A stretch of DNA of 63,899 nt, filler included, from Thelocarpon superellum (lineage: Eukaryota): NCBI GenBank assembly GCA_026025795.1. It is 7 parts of 7 records of this genome, joined end to end, with 100 filler letters (N's around TTAATTAATTAA, not from the genome) between each part and the next. Parts side by side here need not be neighbours in the genome. Positions count along the whole stretch, not along the records: positions 28,931 to 38,356 come from JAPEUG010000565.1; positions 38,457 to 47,880 come from JAPEUG010000566.1; 5 more parts are not named here. One strand, given 5' to 3'. Below, piece by piece: positions 34,991 through 47,190 of this stretch (position 1 is the first letter of the stretch; every line of letters starts with the position of its first letter). A model generated the notes under the pieces. It made no database searches and was not told the origin of the DNA. It saw nothing but the letters and a program-made list of their open reading frames with translations. A program made the translations under genes and the position numbers.

Positions 34991-37900
34991 TACCTGGTCG
35001 ATCTACCGTACGATGAGACCACGAGTAGGACTAGGTCGACTCGTACCCGGCGGAGGTGACATCAACATGCCCGCATCTCGGAGTATGAGCGCACGGATGC
35101 CGAGAGCCACGACATCCTCAACCATCATTCCTGCGCAGCCGGGTGTGGACGTCGCGCATTCCATTGAGCAGCGATTCGTCAGACGCAATCAAATGGCATG
35201 CCCGAGTGCCTCCGACAAAAGTGAACGTTGCATGGCATAAGCATCCCGGGTGGTACCGGGAGGTGCCGAGCGGTTAGGAAAAGGAAAGGACGGAGCAGCA
35301 GGCCCGCCTGGAGGTGAGAATGGACCGAATTGGACAAGGTCGCACGCGCACCCCGCTACGCACTCTCGTCCCCAACGACGCCGGCCTCCAGCGGAGAGAC
35401 CAACGAGCATGGTCCAGGTCAGGCACCCAAAGAACTGCCCCGGATGGATCGACGTACACCGAGGCGGTCCCCCTGTAGTGACGAGCCCAGGTACCGGTAC
35501 GCGGAGCGGGGAGAGCGGTGATCCGGAGATCGACCGGTGGCGGGGTCATGGGAAGCGATGACTTGCAATGCGAGTCATGGCTAGATCACCCCAGGCGAAT
35601 GTCGATCCTGAGGCGATGAGAGGCCCGGGGGTTCCCCACGACGGACCAGTAGGTGCGTGCAGCTGTGGGCCGCGACCAGGTCAAGCAGTACGCGGCACGG
35701 CGGGGACGGGAGCGCGTCACCGACGGGAGACGGCCACCTCCACGGAAGCACGGTGCAGATCTCGGTCCAGGTCGGTCGCCAAAAGGAGGGATCGGCCGTC
35801 GATCCAGACCGACAGACCTTCTATCGGTAGAAGCTGAACAACGGAACGTAGATGCATGATTCGATCTCGACGGGGGGGGTATCAAGTCCAACGGCGCGGA
35901 AGATCATCCTCACCTGCGGACGTGGGCATGGAATGCCACGGGCGCAAGCCTGAGCATGATTACGTACTCGCCCGTCGACGAAGCATACCGATGCTCGATC
36001 ACGAGAGAGGTAGGAAGTCGGCATCGTCGGCGGGCGACGGCGAGCCAGACGCGCCGAGGTCCGGCCGACCTCGGCGGCGTCGATGCGGCGGCGAAAGGCG
36101 AGGGTCAAGGTGTGTAACGTGGGACGACAGGATGACCCACGAGCAACCGGCTAGTCCGCACGGACAACACAGTCCCCGCACGGTCAAACAAGCCATCGCG
36201 GAACAGGGCGACGATGACAGGAAGCGGACGATGGCGCCCGCCACCACCAACCCGTAAGGCGATGCATGCCTCAAGAACGTGTCCACTAACGTCGCCGATG
36301 ATGCTCGAGGCCCCACGACCGAGACGAGCCAGGGACCGCCTGGCGGGCGAGGCGGTGGGTGGTGGGCGGTGCCTACAGTAGCCCGCAAGGACGGCGGTGG
36401 CGCCAAGTAGCGAGCAGATTCGAAACGTAGCCGGGTAGCGGCGCAAGTGCGGTGCAAGTCGTGGCGCCTGTGCCGTGGCACTCGCGCAAGGACAAGACCA
36501 GCGGTTTCATCCCACGGAGAACGAAACTCACCATTGGGCGAGGAGAAACCGACGCGGGCGCCTGTGCGTGTGACGGGCTCCTTGTGCAGCGGTCAGCATC
36601 GGGCTGACTACGCAAGGCCAGTGGACGGGTGGAACGTGTCGGACTAGTTGGACCGGAGGGTCGTGGTCGGTCAGGTGTGCATGGGTCCATGGCGACATGC
36701 ACGCACGCAGTCCCACCGACGCCCATCCGTGGGAAGCCCCTATCGATGGCCCAACAGAGGGCCCACGCCCATCCACCGCTCAAGTATGGTAAACTAACAT
36801 ACGAGTTCGAGTAGCCCGTGGCGATGGAGATGCAGAGGGTAGCGTTGGGCACAGCCAGGGAAGACCAGGGTCCATCGACGGTGGCCACGACACTAGGACC
36901 TGAGCCCGTACCCGGATAGGCACCAGTCAGGGGTGGATAACTGGGCCCAGGCCGTAGTCCTGGTATAGTTGGGACTGACAGAGCCTACACGACGAACCAA
37001 CCACGCGGGCGGTAGACCGCAATGGCCCACGCCGGCAGCCCACGCCTTACGAGCAGCCACTGGCGTGGTCGTCACACCTTGACCCACCACGCACCAGAGG
37101 ATCCTCGCTGGGGAGCGATCGGGACAAAAGAGCAAATGATCGGCCCCTCCATGGCAGGGTCCACCCCTGGCACGTCAGCGACCGGGCGCAGTGCAGGCAA
37201 ACCGGGTGCGTAAGGCGCGGTCGAGGACGAGTAGGAAGAGCGAGCCGGTCCAGGTCCAAGTCGCCGGCCGAGGGAAAACCCACCGGCCTAACCCAAATGG
37301 GGGTGTGGGCGATGGGGAATGGGCGGTGGGTCGTGGGTCAGTCGCGCGCGCTGACACATACGACGCGCACCGCGGCGGTAGAGGTACGAGGAGGAGCAGA
37401 GCACCCGAACCAGACCCGCACCCACACCTATGACCACCCCCCTGCCGACGGCGGACAAGCGACACAAACGAAGCAAGTGGTCGATCCTCTCGGAACTTGT
37501 TCGTCACCTTCCCTATCCTTCCCCATCCGTCTCTTCCTCTTTGTCCCTCACTCCACCCGATCGTCGGTCTTTCTCGTAGGCAAGTGTGCTCGGTCACCTC
37601 GCTCATTTTATCAGTCCTTTCAATCCCACCACTCTCTTGTGCTGCCTGTTTGGGAATTCTCATCTCGGACCCCGGAACAGCGAGTCATACCAGACGCCGG
37701 ACGCTGCTGGATCAGTCACCAAACATTCTTACCCCCGTTCGCTGCCACGCACCGCAGAACACCATTCTTTATCCTCTGACACGCGCAATCTCCAGTCACG
37801 CCAGAAGCCCGGCGTGCCGATCGTCTCTCACGACCTACTGCTCATCCACGTCCAACATAACCGCGCGCACGCCCCATCCGGCTCTGCCACGGTATCGCGA

Positions 37901-38022
37901 TCCCTCGCCCATCCGCCTATCATTATCTTCATCGACACCGAGCCCGCGCGGTCTCTTCCGAACCATCGCCAGGCGCGATAGTCCACGACCAGCGACCCGC
38001 CGGGAGCGATAGCATCATCAAC

Positions 38023-38356
38023 ATGGCGCTCGCTCGAGCCTTCACCTCGCGCCGGACGAAGCGGCCCGAGATCTCCCTCCCCACGCCACACCGGTCTCTC
38101 AGCACGCGCGACTTCGCGGGCGCGCCGACGGGACGGCCCAAGATCTCGGCGCCGACCGAGTTGCTCTCCACCACCAACATGCTCTCCTTCAACGCGCCCG
38201 ACATCCACAGCGCATCGTGCTCGTCAAGTTCGGGCGACGAGACCGAGTCGTCCCCGCGCGAATATCCATCCCCGGCGACGTCGGTCGATAGCTCGACGGG
38301 CTCACGACCGGGCTCGCCGGAGCAGAACCACCTCTCCTGCTACTTCAATACCCCGA
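38023..38356 (+). CDS. Conserved fungal hypothetical protein, N-terminal part; 3' end cut
   Basis: Good Kozak context (aacATGG) after a pyrimidine-rich leader; motif ISAPTELLSTTNMLSFNAPDI and NHLSCYF resemble a widespread Pezizomycotina hypothetical family. Confidence 0.65.
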
Positions 38357-38456
38357 NNNNNNNNNNNNNNNNNNNNNNNNNNNNNNNNNNNNNNNNNNNN
38401 TTAATTAATTAANNNNNNNNNNNNNNNNNNNNNNNNNNNNNNNNNNNNNNNNNNNN
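38357..38456. other. Artificial contig linker
   Basis: Same spacer. Confidence 0.98.
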
Positions 38457-39091
38457 CAGGCTGGAGAGGACGAGAAGGGTCTTGACGTCCTCATTCCTCG
38501 GCGAAACGGAGGTGCGAGTAGTGAGGTGATCGCATAGCGCCCCGTGAATCCTCGTTTGAATGCACCCACTCGGTAGTGGGGGCGGAGGGGAACGGAGCGG
38601 TCTGTGAGGCGGCCAAATATGCAGACCGAGCGAATGGGTCGGGCGCGGGCGCGGATGCAGTCGCGAGGCAAGGGGGTGATGACCAGTCGGGATCGCGAGG
38701 AAACACAACTTGGTCGACGCCCTGCGCTTTCCTGTACCTGCACGCGAACGCGAATGTCTCAGGCTCGTCCTGGGCCCGTTCTCATCTGGTCTTGTGTTTG
38801 CCCCAGCTCGCTGACAGGCAGCACATGTGGCCCGTCTCAACAGGCGAACGTTTCGTTCATACCGGCGTGTTGGGGAGCTGGGGAAGCAGACCGAGGTCTG
38901 GAAGAGCAAGAAGGACTAGGAGGTCGTCGCAGAGGCGGCGATGAGTTAACATGTTGCCGATGCGAGCATTCCCACCCGCCTGCTCACTATCGGTCCAGGA
39001 CCCGGTCGCGGCCTGGGCAACACATGGGCGGCGGCGGCGCGACGCGAAAATGTTCGCTCTCTCCACTCCGGAGCAAGGGAGCGGCAACGTC

Positions 39092-39131
39092 CTGCCTCTT
39101 GCCTCTTGCCTCTTGCATCTTGCCTCTTGCC
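39092..39131 (+). repeat. (TCTTGCC)n heptamer microsatellite
   Basis: ctgcc-tcttgcc-tcttgcc-tcttgca-tcttgcc-tcttgcc. Confidence 0.8.
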
Positions 39132-39704
39132 GCGGACCCCCTCCGGGCCTCTCCACGTGGTACGACATCCTATGCATTCCTTACCTGAAAGAAAATGACG
39201 GATCCCTCCCTCGCCTGCCCATGGATCCAGGTCCGAGCGGCAGCAACCTATCAGGTCTAGGCAGGAGCAGCGGTGCCATGGAGTGGGGGACCACCACCAT
39301 TCTCGGGGGTGGTTGACCTGCTGCGAGAGCGAGCCCATAAGTACCCAGTGGGAACGATGGTAACGCTACCTTGCTCTTGAGCACCTCCGTTCTCTCCCAA
39401 TTGATCCTCTCGCTGGTCGTGCGTGTCGGTGTGTCCTTGTTGTCGGTGTCCGTGTTTTGCATGCCATTCCTTAGCCAGTTCTGCAGCGACTTGAAGCCAA
39501 CGGGCTTTCCCTTGAGGTGACTCGCCCTACTTGCCAACCTACCAATCGATCTTCTCATTCGTGAAGTCGTCCGTCTCGTACCTGACATCGAGTCCGGCCG
39601 CGGCCCCACCCTGTCCTTACCTGCGACGTGTTCGACTTGTTCGACAACACCAACAAACGCACCACACACCACGTTTGATACCAATATCGACACCATCCCA
39701 TACC

Positions 39705-40428
39705 ATGGGGTGCTTGAACTTGAAAAGCCTCATCATGAACCTGGTCCCTTCGGGCCTCCGTCACTGCAAGGCCAGCGGCGAGATTGAAATCGTAACGCTC
39801 CGATCCGTCCTCCACAACTGAACCGAAGCTCACAGCTCTCCGTCGGCCATAGAGTAGTCCCTTCGAATGCCACCACAGCTCTGACTGGAGCATTCCCGGC
39901 TTGTCCGAAGAGCAGTACGTCCTCCCCAAACTACACCACTGCCGACCATTCCCGCCATCCACACGCATCATCTACCTGAAGGATAGAGCTGACCAAGACA
40001 GACAATTTCTCGTCCGCGAGAAATCCTTAGCGGACGCAGCGCTGCTGTTCCCGCACCTGGAGCTCTCATCGTCTACTCTTACGCCCTCACCTGTTTCCTC
40101 CTCAGGTCTCTCCTCTTCCTCCTCTACCTCGTCCTCATCGACCTCTTCCTCTTCGAGATGCAACCACCGCCCCACCAACAAAAAGCCGCGTAAGATGCGT
40201 GATGGCCACGCTCACGGCTACGACCCCGTGGACAAGACTGGTCCCTACATAACCACCGGTACTGTGCCGCGCACGAACGGTGCCTACGTGGTGCCTCACA
40301 CGCCGCGCACAACGCATTCATACAACGCAGGTCACACGGGCTGGAACACTCCGTATACGAGGGTGAGGGAGGCCAATGTAGGCACAACGGTCATGGCGGC
40401 GCGAAGAGAGGAGGCTGGTTTTGTCTAG
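39705..40428 (+). CDS. Orphan hypothetical protein (~220 aa, 2 exons) with MGC N-terminus
   Basis: Exon 1 is 39705-39791 (accATGG context, MGCLNLKSLIMNLVPSG...EIEI). Intron 39792-39852 (GTAACG...GCTCAC...CATAG) joins in phase 0 to the frame of ORF 39901..40428. Confidence 0.55.
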
Positions 40429-40870
40429 GCTGCTACCTCACGGTCTACCGGGTAGCTTGACAGCGGCGGGTGATGTGGCGAGGGAAGAGTGGAAGAGATG
40501 AAAAGGACCAGACCGAGGCGAGGATGACGAGAAGAAAGATGATGGAATGGAAAAGGAAGGAAGACGAGAGAGGCAGGATACCAATTTCATTACATTTGCT
40601 AGACCGCTCAGCACGTTTTTCCCAGGGGGAGATCCAATGTTACTCAAGGTGGGACTGCTAGGCAGTGGACACGGGCACATGGGTAGCAAATCTCTATTTT
40701 TAAAATGGTCTTCCTTTTTCATATACCAATCTACCCGTCGCAAGACATGCGAAGCCATGCGAAGCCATGCAGTATATTCAGGTCGATAATGATAGCTGCA
40801 ATAGGCGACATGTTGGGAATTTTCGCATCACTGTATTGCGGACGGATGGGTGGGGGGTGGATGGGAGACA

Positions 40871-42664
40871 TCAAGAAGCATCCACCACCGTTCCAGCCAG
40901 AACACCGGCTCCGATGATCCCACCGTCCGGAGCCTCACGAAGCGCTATCCTCTTCAACGCCGCGTCGCCGCCTTCTAGCCGTAGGATCTCGTCGATGTAA
41001 TCTTGGCATGTTTGCTGGAACGACGGGTAGTGCGTTATGACGCCGCCTGTGCATGCAATCACGAGTTTCTCATCCTTGACGGTGGCTTTGTTGTTGGTGG
41101 AGCTGGTGGAAGCGGTGGTGAGAGAAGACGAGGATGGCGGGTTCGACCGCAGAACCCCGTTGGCGGCTGGTTTCTCCGACTCGTCGAGTGGAACCTCCCC
41201 TGTACATCCCAACAGTCCCACGATCGCTGCCGCAATCAGTCCTGCCGATCGCACGTGGACCAGGTTGGCGACTTGGCGGATGGTTTCTGCCGTGTCTTTC
41301 GTCCATTCCCACGTGCTCGATGGTGGAGGGGCCATGTGGGAAGAGAGTTCCGAGACCAAGGCCGCGCCAGACTGTCCCTTGGCGATGACCGTGGCAAGGA
41401 AAGGCGTGGTGAGGGCATTGCGATCACGGAGCATCTCCGGAAGTTGACCGTCCGCGACGCCGAGCACGTTCGTGAAGTGGTCCAGCACGATCAGCCGCAC
41501 GATCTCACCCAGGTATCGGCCCCCGGTCATGTATTCGAATGGCTGGAAGCCAGGCGCCTCGCTGGCCTGGTCGAGGATCTGGTCCCACTTGGACACGAAG
41601 TCGAGCTCTCTCAGCGGTCCTGCTGATCCATTGATGGTCCATTCCGTGTTGACCACCACTTCCACCGTCTCGGGATCGGTGGCCGTTGGAAGACGGAGGC
41701 GCGCTCCTTTCGAGCGTTCGAGATCCCTGAGCTTCATCTGCACCGTGGCATTCGTTCCCGTGCCCACAATGAGACCCATGACCACTCTACTGTCCGGCTG
41801 TACTTTACACGTAAACGCCTTGGACGCCAGCGTCGCCACCGTGTCGTTGGTGATGGCTGCAACGTTCAGGCGCGGCAATCGGCTGGGTCGTCGCGTCTTC
41901 CACAATGCACCGCTCCGCCCTTGCGCTGGCCATGTGTCTTCGGACACTTGCGACGCGTGCGTCTCGTACCCCGCCAACAGCACCTTGCCCAAGTTGAGGT
42001 CAGGGGGAATGGTGAAACCTTTGCCCATGGGCATGAGCGTGGCCTCATTCAGCGAGCTCTGCCTGTGGAGATGGTCAGTCGGAGGCAGGGACAACCAAGT
42101 GGACCGAAACGAAAGAAGCAGGATGGCCTACTTCATAGGAAAACTAAAGGTGATGCCCATGGTAATTTCCTCAGGAACCACGGCCGAGTCATCCGCTTCG
42201 AGGTCGGCCATCATCTCGTCCCGCACGACCTCGGCGATACATCCTCCGATCCAGATGAACAGATCCTCGGCTTGATCCATCTTCAGGTGCTCCCCGATCG
42301 GCCATTTGTTCTCGCAGGTCCTCCGCAACTGCGGGGCCGGCTGCGCTTCGTCACGTGGTGTGGACCCCACGGTCGACGAATTGCTCCTGGCTCCATGGTC
42401 ACCGGCAGCCGGCAGACCCAGGAGCTCGATGAAGCCGACGCGGAGGTTGGTGCCGCCCAGGTCGATGGCCAAGAATTTGCCCCGTTCGTTGCCCGTGGGG
42501 AGCTTGGTGATGGGGGTCGGCAAAAACTGCTCCGTAGAGGTCAAGGCGAGATGGCGGAAGGTGGTGGAGAAGCGACGGGCGAGATGCTGCAAGCGTCCCC
42601 CATCCACCTTCAACGCGGCGGACAGGTAGTCGATGTCGACGCCGCCAGGCCCGTCTGCTGCCAT
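40871..42664 (-). CDS. Hexokinase-family protein, N-acetylglucosamine-kinase type (Hxk3/HxkC/Nag5-like), 2 exons
   Basis: QFLPTPI..LPTG.E.GKFLAIDLGGTNLRVGFIELLG, MGITFSFPM|KQSSL.EATLMPMGKGF, ITNDTVATL, GLIVGTGTNAT, VNTEWTING, PGFQPFEYMTGGRYLGEIVRL, DGGIIGAG. Intron 42131-42063. The QFLPTP and LMPMGKGF variants distinguish it from glucokinase and hexokinase proper. Confidence 0.85.
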
Positions 42665-43630
42665 CTACGGAGCTCGCCCGCCAAGTGGGAGGCAGTCGGA
42701 CGAGGGCATCCGAGCCTGCGGTCCTACAGATCCGCGAAAGCCGCACGGTCCACGGCGGGCGGGTTGAGCGTTTGAATTTGGGGGAGGGCTAGCAAGGGAC
42801 TGGGGATGAGGCGATTAAGTAGACTTTCCGGTCCGTGACGCCTGGGAGGATGGGAGCCCTGGGGGCTCTCGTATCTGGCGCTATCGCCCCCCGTCTTCGC
42901 TGCTCTCCCAGGCACTACCCAGCAACGAGCAGTAGCCTCCCGGCCTGGCGCCTTGCGTGCTCTACCTGTAGAGTTGCGCCCGCCGTCACCCGCGCCTACC
43001 CCGGGTCATGGCGACTTCGCGCCCGGGTGGTCGGTCAATGTCACCTCGGAGTCAAGGCGCGTCCGTTTCGATGTGACCCTAAGTTACCTCCCTTTGATGC
43101 AGATGCCAGGGTCAGTGACAGATTCGGGTCAAGCCACGGCGCGCTTGCTTGCTCGACCCCTCGTCCCGACGGCACGCAACGTTCACAGGGTGCCCGCGCC
43201 GCGTACATCGCCTCGTACCTTTGCAATTACTGACCAATGCTTCCGGCCGCGATAGCCATCCTTCGATGTCTGCACCCAACTAGTCGGTATTTCTTCCCCC
43301 GATCGCGATCCGCGCACGAAGATTCTGTTGGACACCACGATCGACCGGTGTGATTGCAGGTGTTGCTGTGTGACTTGCTCGTAGGTCCATAATTGAATAT
43401 GCGTCTTTCTCTCCGCCACACAATTTCTTACTTCAGTCCCGCATGATCCACCCCATTCGTTACCTTTGGTCGCAGACGATGAAAGCTTGTCAATCAACTA
43501 CTGCTCCCTCGTCCAGGCGGTGGGTTTGCTCTGGCCTGTGGTCGCAGCGGTCCTGCTTTGGCGACATCTAGTGAAGAGAATGGGTCGGGTCGAGCCCGGT
43601 GGGGAGGCGGGGTTCCGGGTAGCCGTCCTC

Positions 43631-43668
43631 CCTATGCTGTACCGGGATCCTATGCTGTACCGGGATCC
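43631..43668 (+). repeat. 18-bp perfect tandem duplication
   Basis: cctatgctgtaccgggat x2 + cc. Confidence 0.85.
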
Positions 43669-43923
43669 GGACTGTGCCGCGGTGCTGTGGATTAAGTCAT
43701 GGTCAAGCACGGGGTGGTCGATCGCTTCCTGGTTCTCGTTAACTAGTGGACATCAACCGTAAAGTCGAATCGTCTTTTGCCATCACATCGCAATTTTCGC
43801 GGCCAGCGCCGTGCCGATCTACAAATCGACCGTTGCGTATCAGCTTGGATCCGCAAGGTCGTTGAGCCGCCACCGACTATTGAGGACCGATTACATCGGT
43901 GCAGAACAGACGGACTGACGAGA

Positions 43924-44853
43924 ATGCACCCGGAGAAAAGGGAGCCTCCAGCCCATCGGCAGCACTATCCACGGCGACGGGATCTGGAGGCCGAGGAGGA
44001 GGCCATGTACGAATACCTCCGGCGCCGCTCCGTACGGCGCGTCACTCATCTCAGTACCGCTGCCATCCTGGTTCTCACCCTGCTGGCTAGCGTCCTGTGG
44101 TGGCAGGTCAGGGAGGTGCCGACCGTGCAGGTTCAAGTGAAGGCGCCGGTGCCGTCATCGTCGGCACCACGGCGCATCCCGCTCGAGGCGCACATCATGA
44201 GCAAATGCCCGGATGCGAAAGACTGCTTGCATGATCTCATCCTCCCCGCGATGCAAAGGATCGAAAACAAGGTCAATTTTACTCTGTCCTACATCGGCAC
44301 GTACGTTGGGGCCCCCCTGTCTGGACGCTGTACGACGTACCCCGCATCAGAAGCTGACGGTCGCCCCTAGTCCGACCAACGGCGACGACGGCGTTGCGTG
44401 TAAGCACGGCCCAAGCGAATGTCTGGGCAACATCATCGAGCTGTGTGCCGCCTCGCTCTATCACGATCCCAAAATATACCTGGGCTTCACCATGTGTCTC
44501 ACGCGAGACTATCCGCGCATCGCCGAGCGGGATTTGGTGGAAGACTGTGCTCTCGAACATGGCATCGACTTTTCCAAGCTCAACGCGTGTGCCAGTAGCC
44601 CAGATGGCTTTGGCGTGGGCTTGTTGCGCGACAGCGTGACGAGGTCTTCCAGCGCCGGCGTCACTCTAAGCTGCACAGTACGTTGACGATGAGTGATCAG
44701 CAGGCCGATGAACGACACTGACAGGAATCGCAGGTCCGCCTGGATGAGAAGACCCGGTGCATTCGCGACGGGGCAGCCTGGAAAGACTGTGAGGGGGGCT
44801 TCGAGGTAGATGACCTTGTTCGTGATGTCGAGGCTCTCTATCATAAGGCGTGA
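43924..44853 (+). CDS. GILT (gamma-interferon-inducible lysosomal thiol reductase) family protein, 3 exons
   Basis: IPLEAHIMSKCPDAKDC, VNFTLSYIG, CKHGPSECLGNIIELC and final exon VRLDEKTRCIRDGAAWKDCEGG. Introns 44301-44370 and 44678-44733; N-terminal TM segment AAILVLTLLASVLWW. Confidence 0.88.
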
Positions 44854-45343
44854 CGTACTCTGGTGCGACTGGGACTCGCTCGATCAAACCGCTGTGGCTG
44901 TCTGCTTTGGTGCAGGACGAGGTGTGGCATCTATGTGCGAATCCATGCGGACACGGCTTTCTAATGACTTTGGCTTCACGCTTGTTTTACCACTCCTCTA
45001 TCATCATCTGCGTCACCTGATGTGGAGACGCGAATTAGTGTCGCAATCTTTTGTGGAGCAGGATATGTATTCCAGGATTCGGAGCTGGCTTGGATCAGGC
45101 GGCTTGCCGCACTCACGGAGCAGTCTCCGAGTTCCAGATCATATTTACCACGTGACTTTCTGGCGGCGCAGGACCCCGACGCACGGGGGACTACCGCGCT
45201 ACGCGTAATCCCCATACGGCGGAGAGTAGTACCCAGCACGCAATTCGTTAGCTTTCGTCTGGTATCCGTAGGGCTGACCAATTCATCCGTAGGGAGGGGC
45301 AAAGCGCAGGCCGATCTTCGAAATATCGTGACCGCCACCACTA

Positions 45344-45385
45344 CACCAACCCCAACACCAACCCCAACACCAACCCCAACACCAA
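45344..45385 (+). repeat. (CCAACACCAACC)n repeat in NMD3 5' leader
   Basis: caccaac cccaacacca accccaacac caaccccaac accaa. Confidence 0.8.
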
Positions 45386-45412
45386 GAGCCCCCACGACAG
45401 CTTCCCTCTACC

Positions 45413-47052
45413 ATGTCCATGGAACTGGATGCCCCGATCTCCCTTCAACCTGGTCCACTGGGACCCAAGGGCAATGCGACGTGAGCTCCACCCTCTCGCT
45501 GTATCGTGCATGACTAACTCGAGCTCGCAGAATCTTGTGTTGCAATTGCGGCGCACCGATCGATGGCACCACTTCGGCCGGCGCGCTCTGTTACGACTGC
45601 ATCAAACTCACCGTCGACATCTCCGAAGGTATTCCCCGAGAAGCTACCTTGCACACCTGCCGAGATTGCGACCGATGGCTGCAGCCGCCCAACCATTGGA
45701 TGGTGGCGACGCCCGAGTCGAGAGAACTCCTGGCCCTGTGCCTCCGGAAACTCCGGGGCCTGACCAAAGTCCGAATCATCGACGCGAGCTTCATCTGGAC
45801 CGAGCCGCATTCACGGCGAATCAAAGTCAAGATCGCCATTCAGCAGGAAGCCTTTGAGGGCACGATCTTGCAGCAGACGTTCGAGGTGGAGTACGTCGTG
45901 GCATATCATCAATGTCCTGATTGCGCCAAGTCATACACCGCCAATACCTGGCGGGCTGTGGTGCAGGTCCGACAAAAGGTCCCGCACAAGCGGACCTTCC
46001 TCTACCTCGAGCAACTCATCCTCAAGCACTCGGCCCATCGGGACACCATCAATATCAAAGAAGTCAAGGACGGCTTGGACTTTTACTACGCCCAGCGCAA
46101 CCATGCCGAGAAGTTTCTCGACTTTCTGTCATCCGTCGCCCCGGTGCGGACGAAGAAGTCGCAGGAGCTCATCTCCATGGACATTCACACCTCTTCCAAG
46201 TCGTATAAATTCTCATTTTCCGTCGAGCTCGTTCCCATTTGCAAGGACGACCTCGTCGCTCTGCCGATCAAACTGGCCAAGTCCGTTGGCAACATCGCGC
46301 CCATCACCATCTGCTACCGTGTTGGCACGTCCATCAACCTCCTGGACCCGAATACGCTGCAGACCACGGACATACCGACGCCCATCTACTGGCGAGCTCC
46401 CTTCAAGTCCATCGCGGACGTGCAGGAACTAGTCGAATTTGTCGTCATGGACATTGAGCCCGTCGGACCATCCAAGGGCCGCTTTCTCCTTGCAGAAGCG
46501 ACAGTGGCGCGGGCGTCAGACCTTGGCAGCAACGATAGGACCTTCTTCACGCGGACGCATCTGGGTGGGATCCTCCATCCCGGCGACTCCGCTCTAGGCT
46601 ACCACTTGACCGGCACGAATTTCAACAACCCCGAGTTCGAGGCGCTGGAGAAGAGCAACAGCTACGCCTCGCATATCCCCGACGTGGTCTTAGTCAAGAA
46701 GTTCTACGTGCGCGGCAAGAAGAGCAAGTCGAGCCGGAACTGGCGCCTCAAGCGCATGAACAGGGATGAAGGCGAGCTGCTGCCCAAGAAGGCTGACCAG
46801 GAAAAGATGGAGCGCGACTACGAGATGTTCCTTCGAGACGTCGAAGAGGACACGGAGTTGCGGAACACACTTGCCTTGTACAAGGCGCCGACCAAGAGTC
46901 GACCACCGAAGGCCGAGAAGATGGAGGGAGTGGAAGAGGAGGTCCAGGAGGAGACGGAGGAGGAAGAAGACGGCGAGGATGATGAAGACGTCCCGCGCAT
47001 CAACATGGACGAGCTCCTGGATGAGTTTGACGAATTGAACGTGGCGGAGTGA
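45413..47052 (+). CDS. NMD3: 60S ribosomal export adaptor Nmd3 (2 exons)
   Basis: Exon 1 is 45413-45480, intron 45481-45530. Motifs ILCCNCGAPI, CYDC, CRDC, SRELLALCL, DASFIWTEPHSRRIKVK, CPDC, WRAVVQVRQKVPHKRTF and C-terminal NES-like INMDELLDEF. Confidence 0.96.
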
Positions 47053-47190
47053 GCTCCGTGTTTCGCATGCATCTCGCGTGCACCAACGCAGCGTTTTTGA
47101 TTCGTGGCATCGTTCTCGCTAGATGGCGAGGACCAGGATGGCGTTTGTGAAGGATCAAGAAAGGCGGGGCAAGTGTGTCAGAAGACAGAA

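Noticed and set aside
35000..38022. Many short ORFs between PWP1 and the 38023 gene
   Set aside because: No recognisable protein signal or consistent splice structure; treated as intergenic DNA and a long 5' leader.
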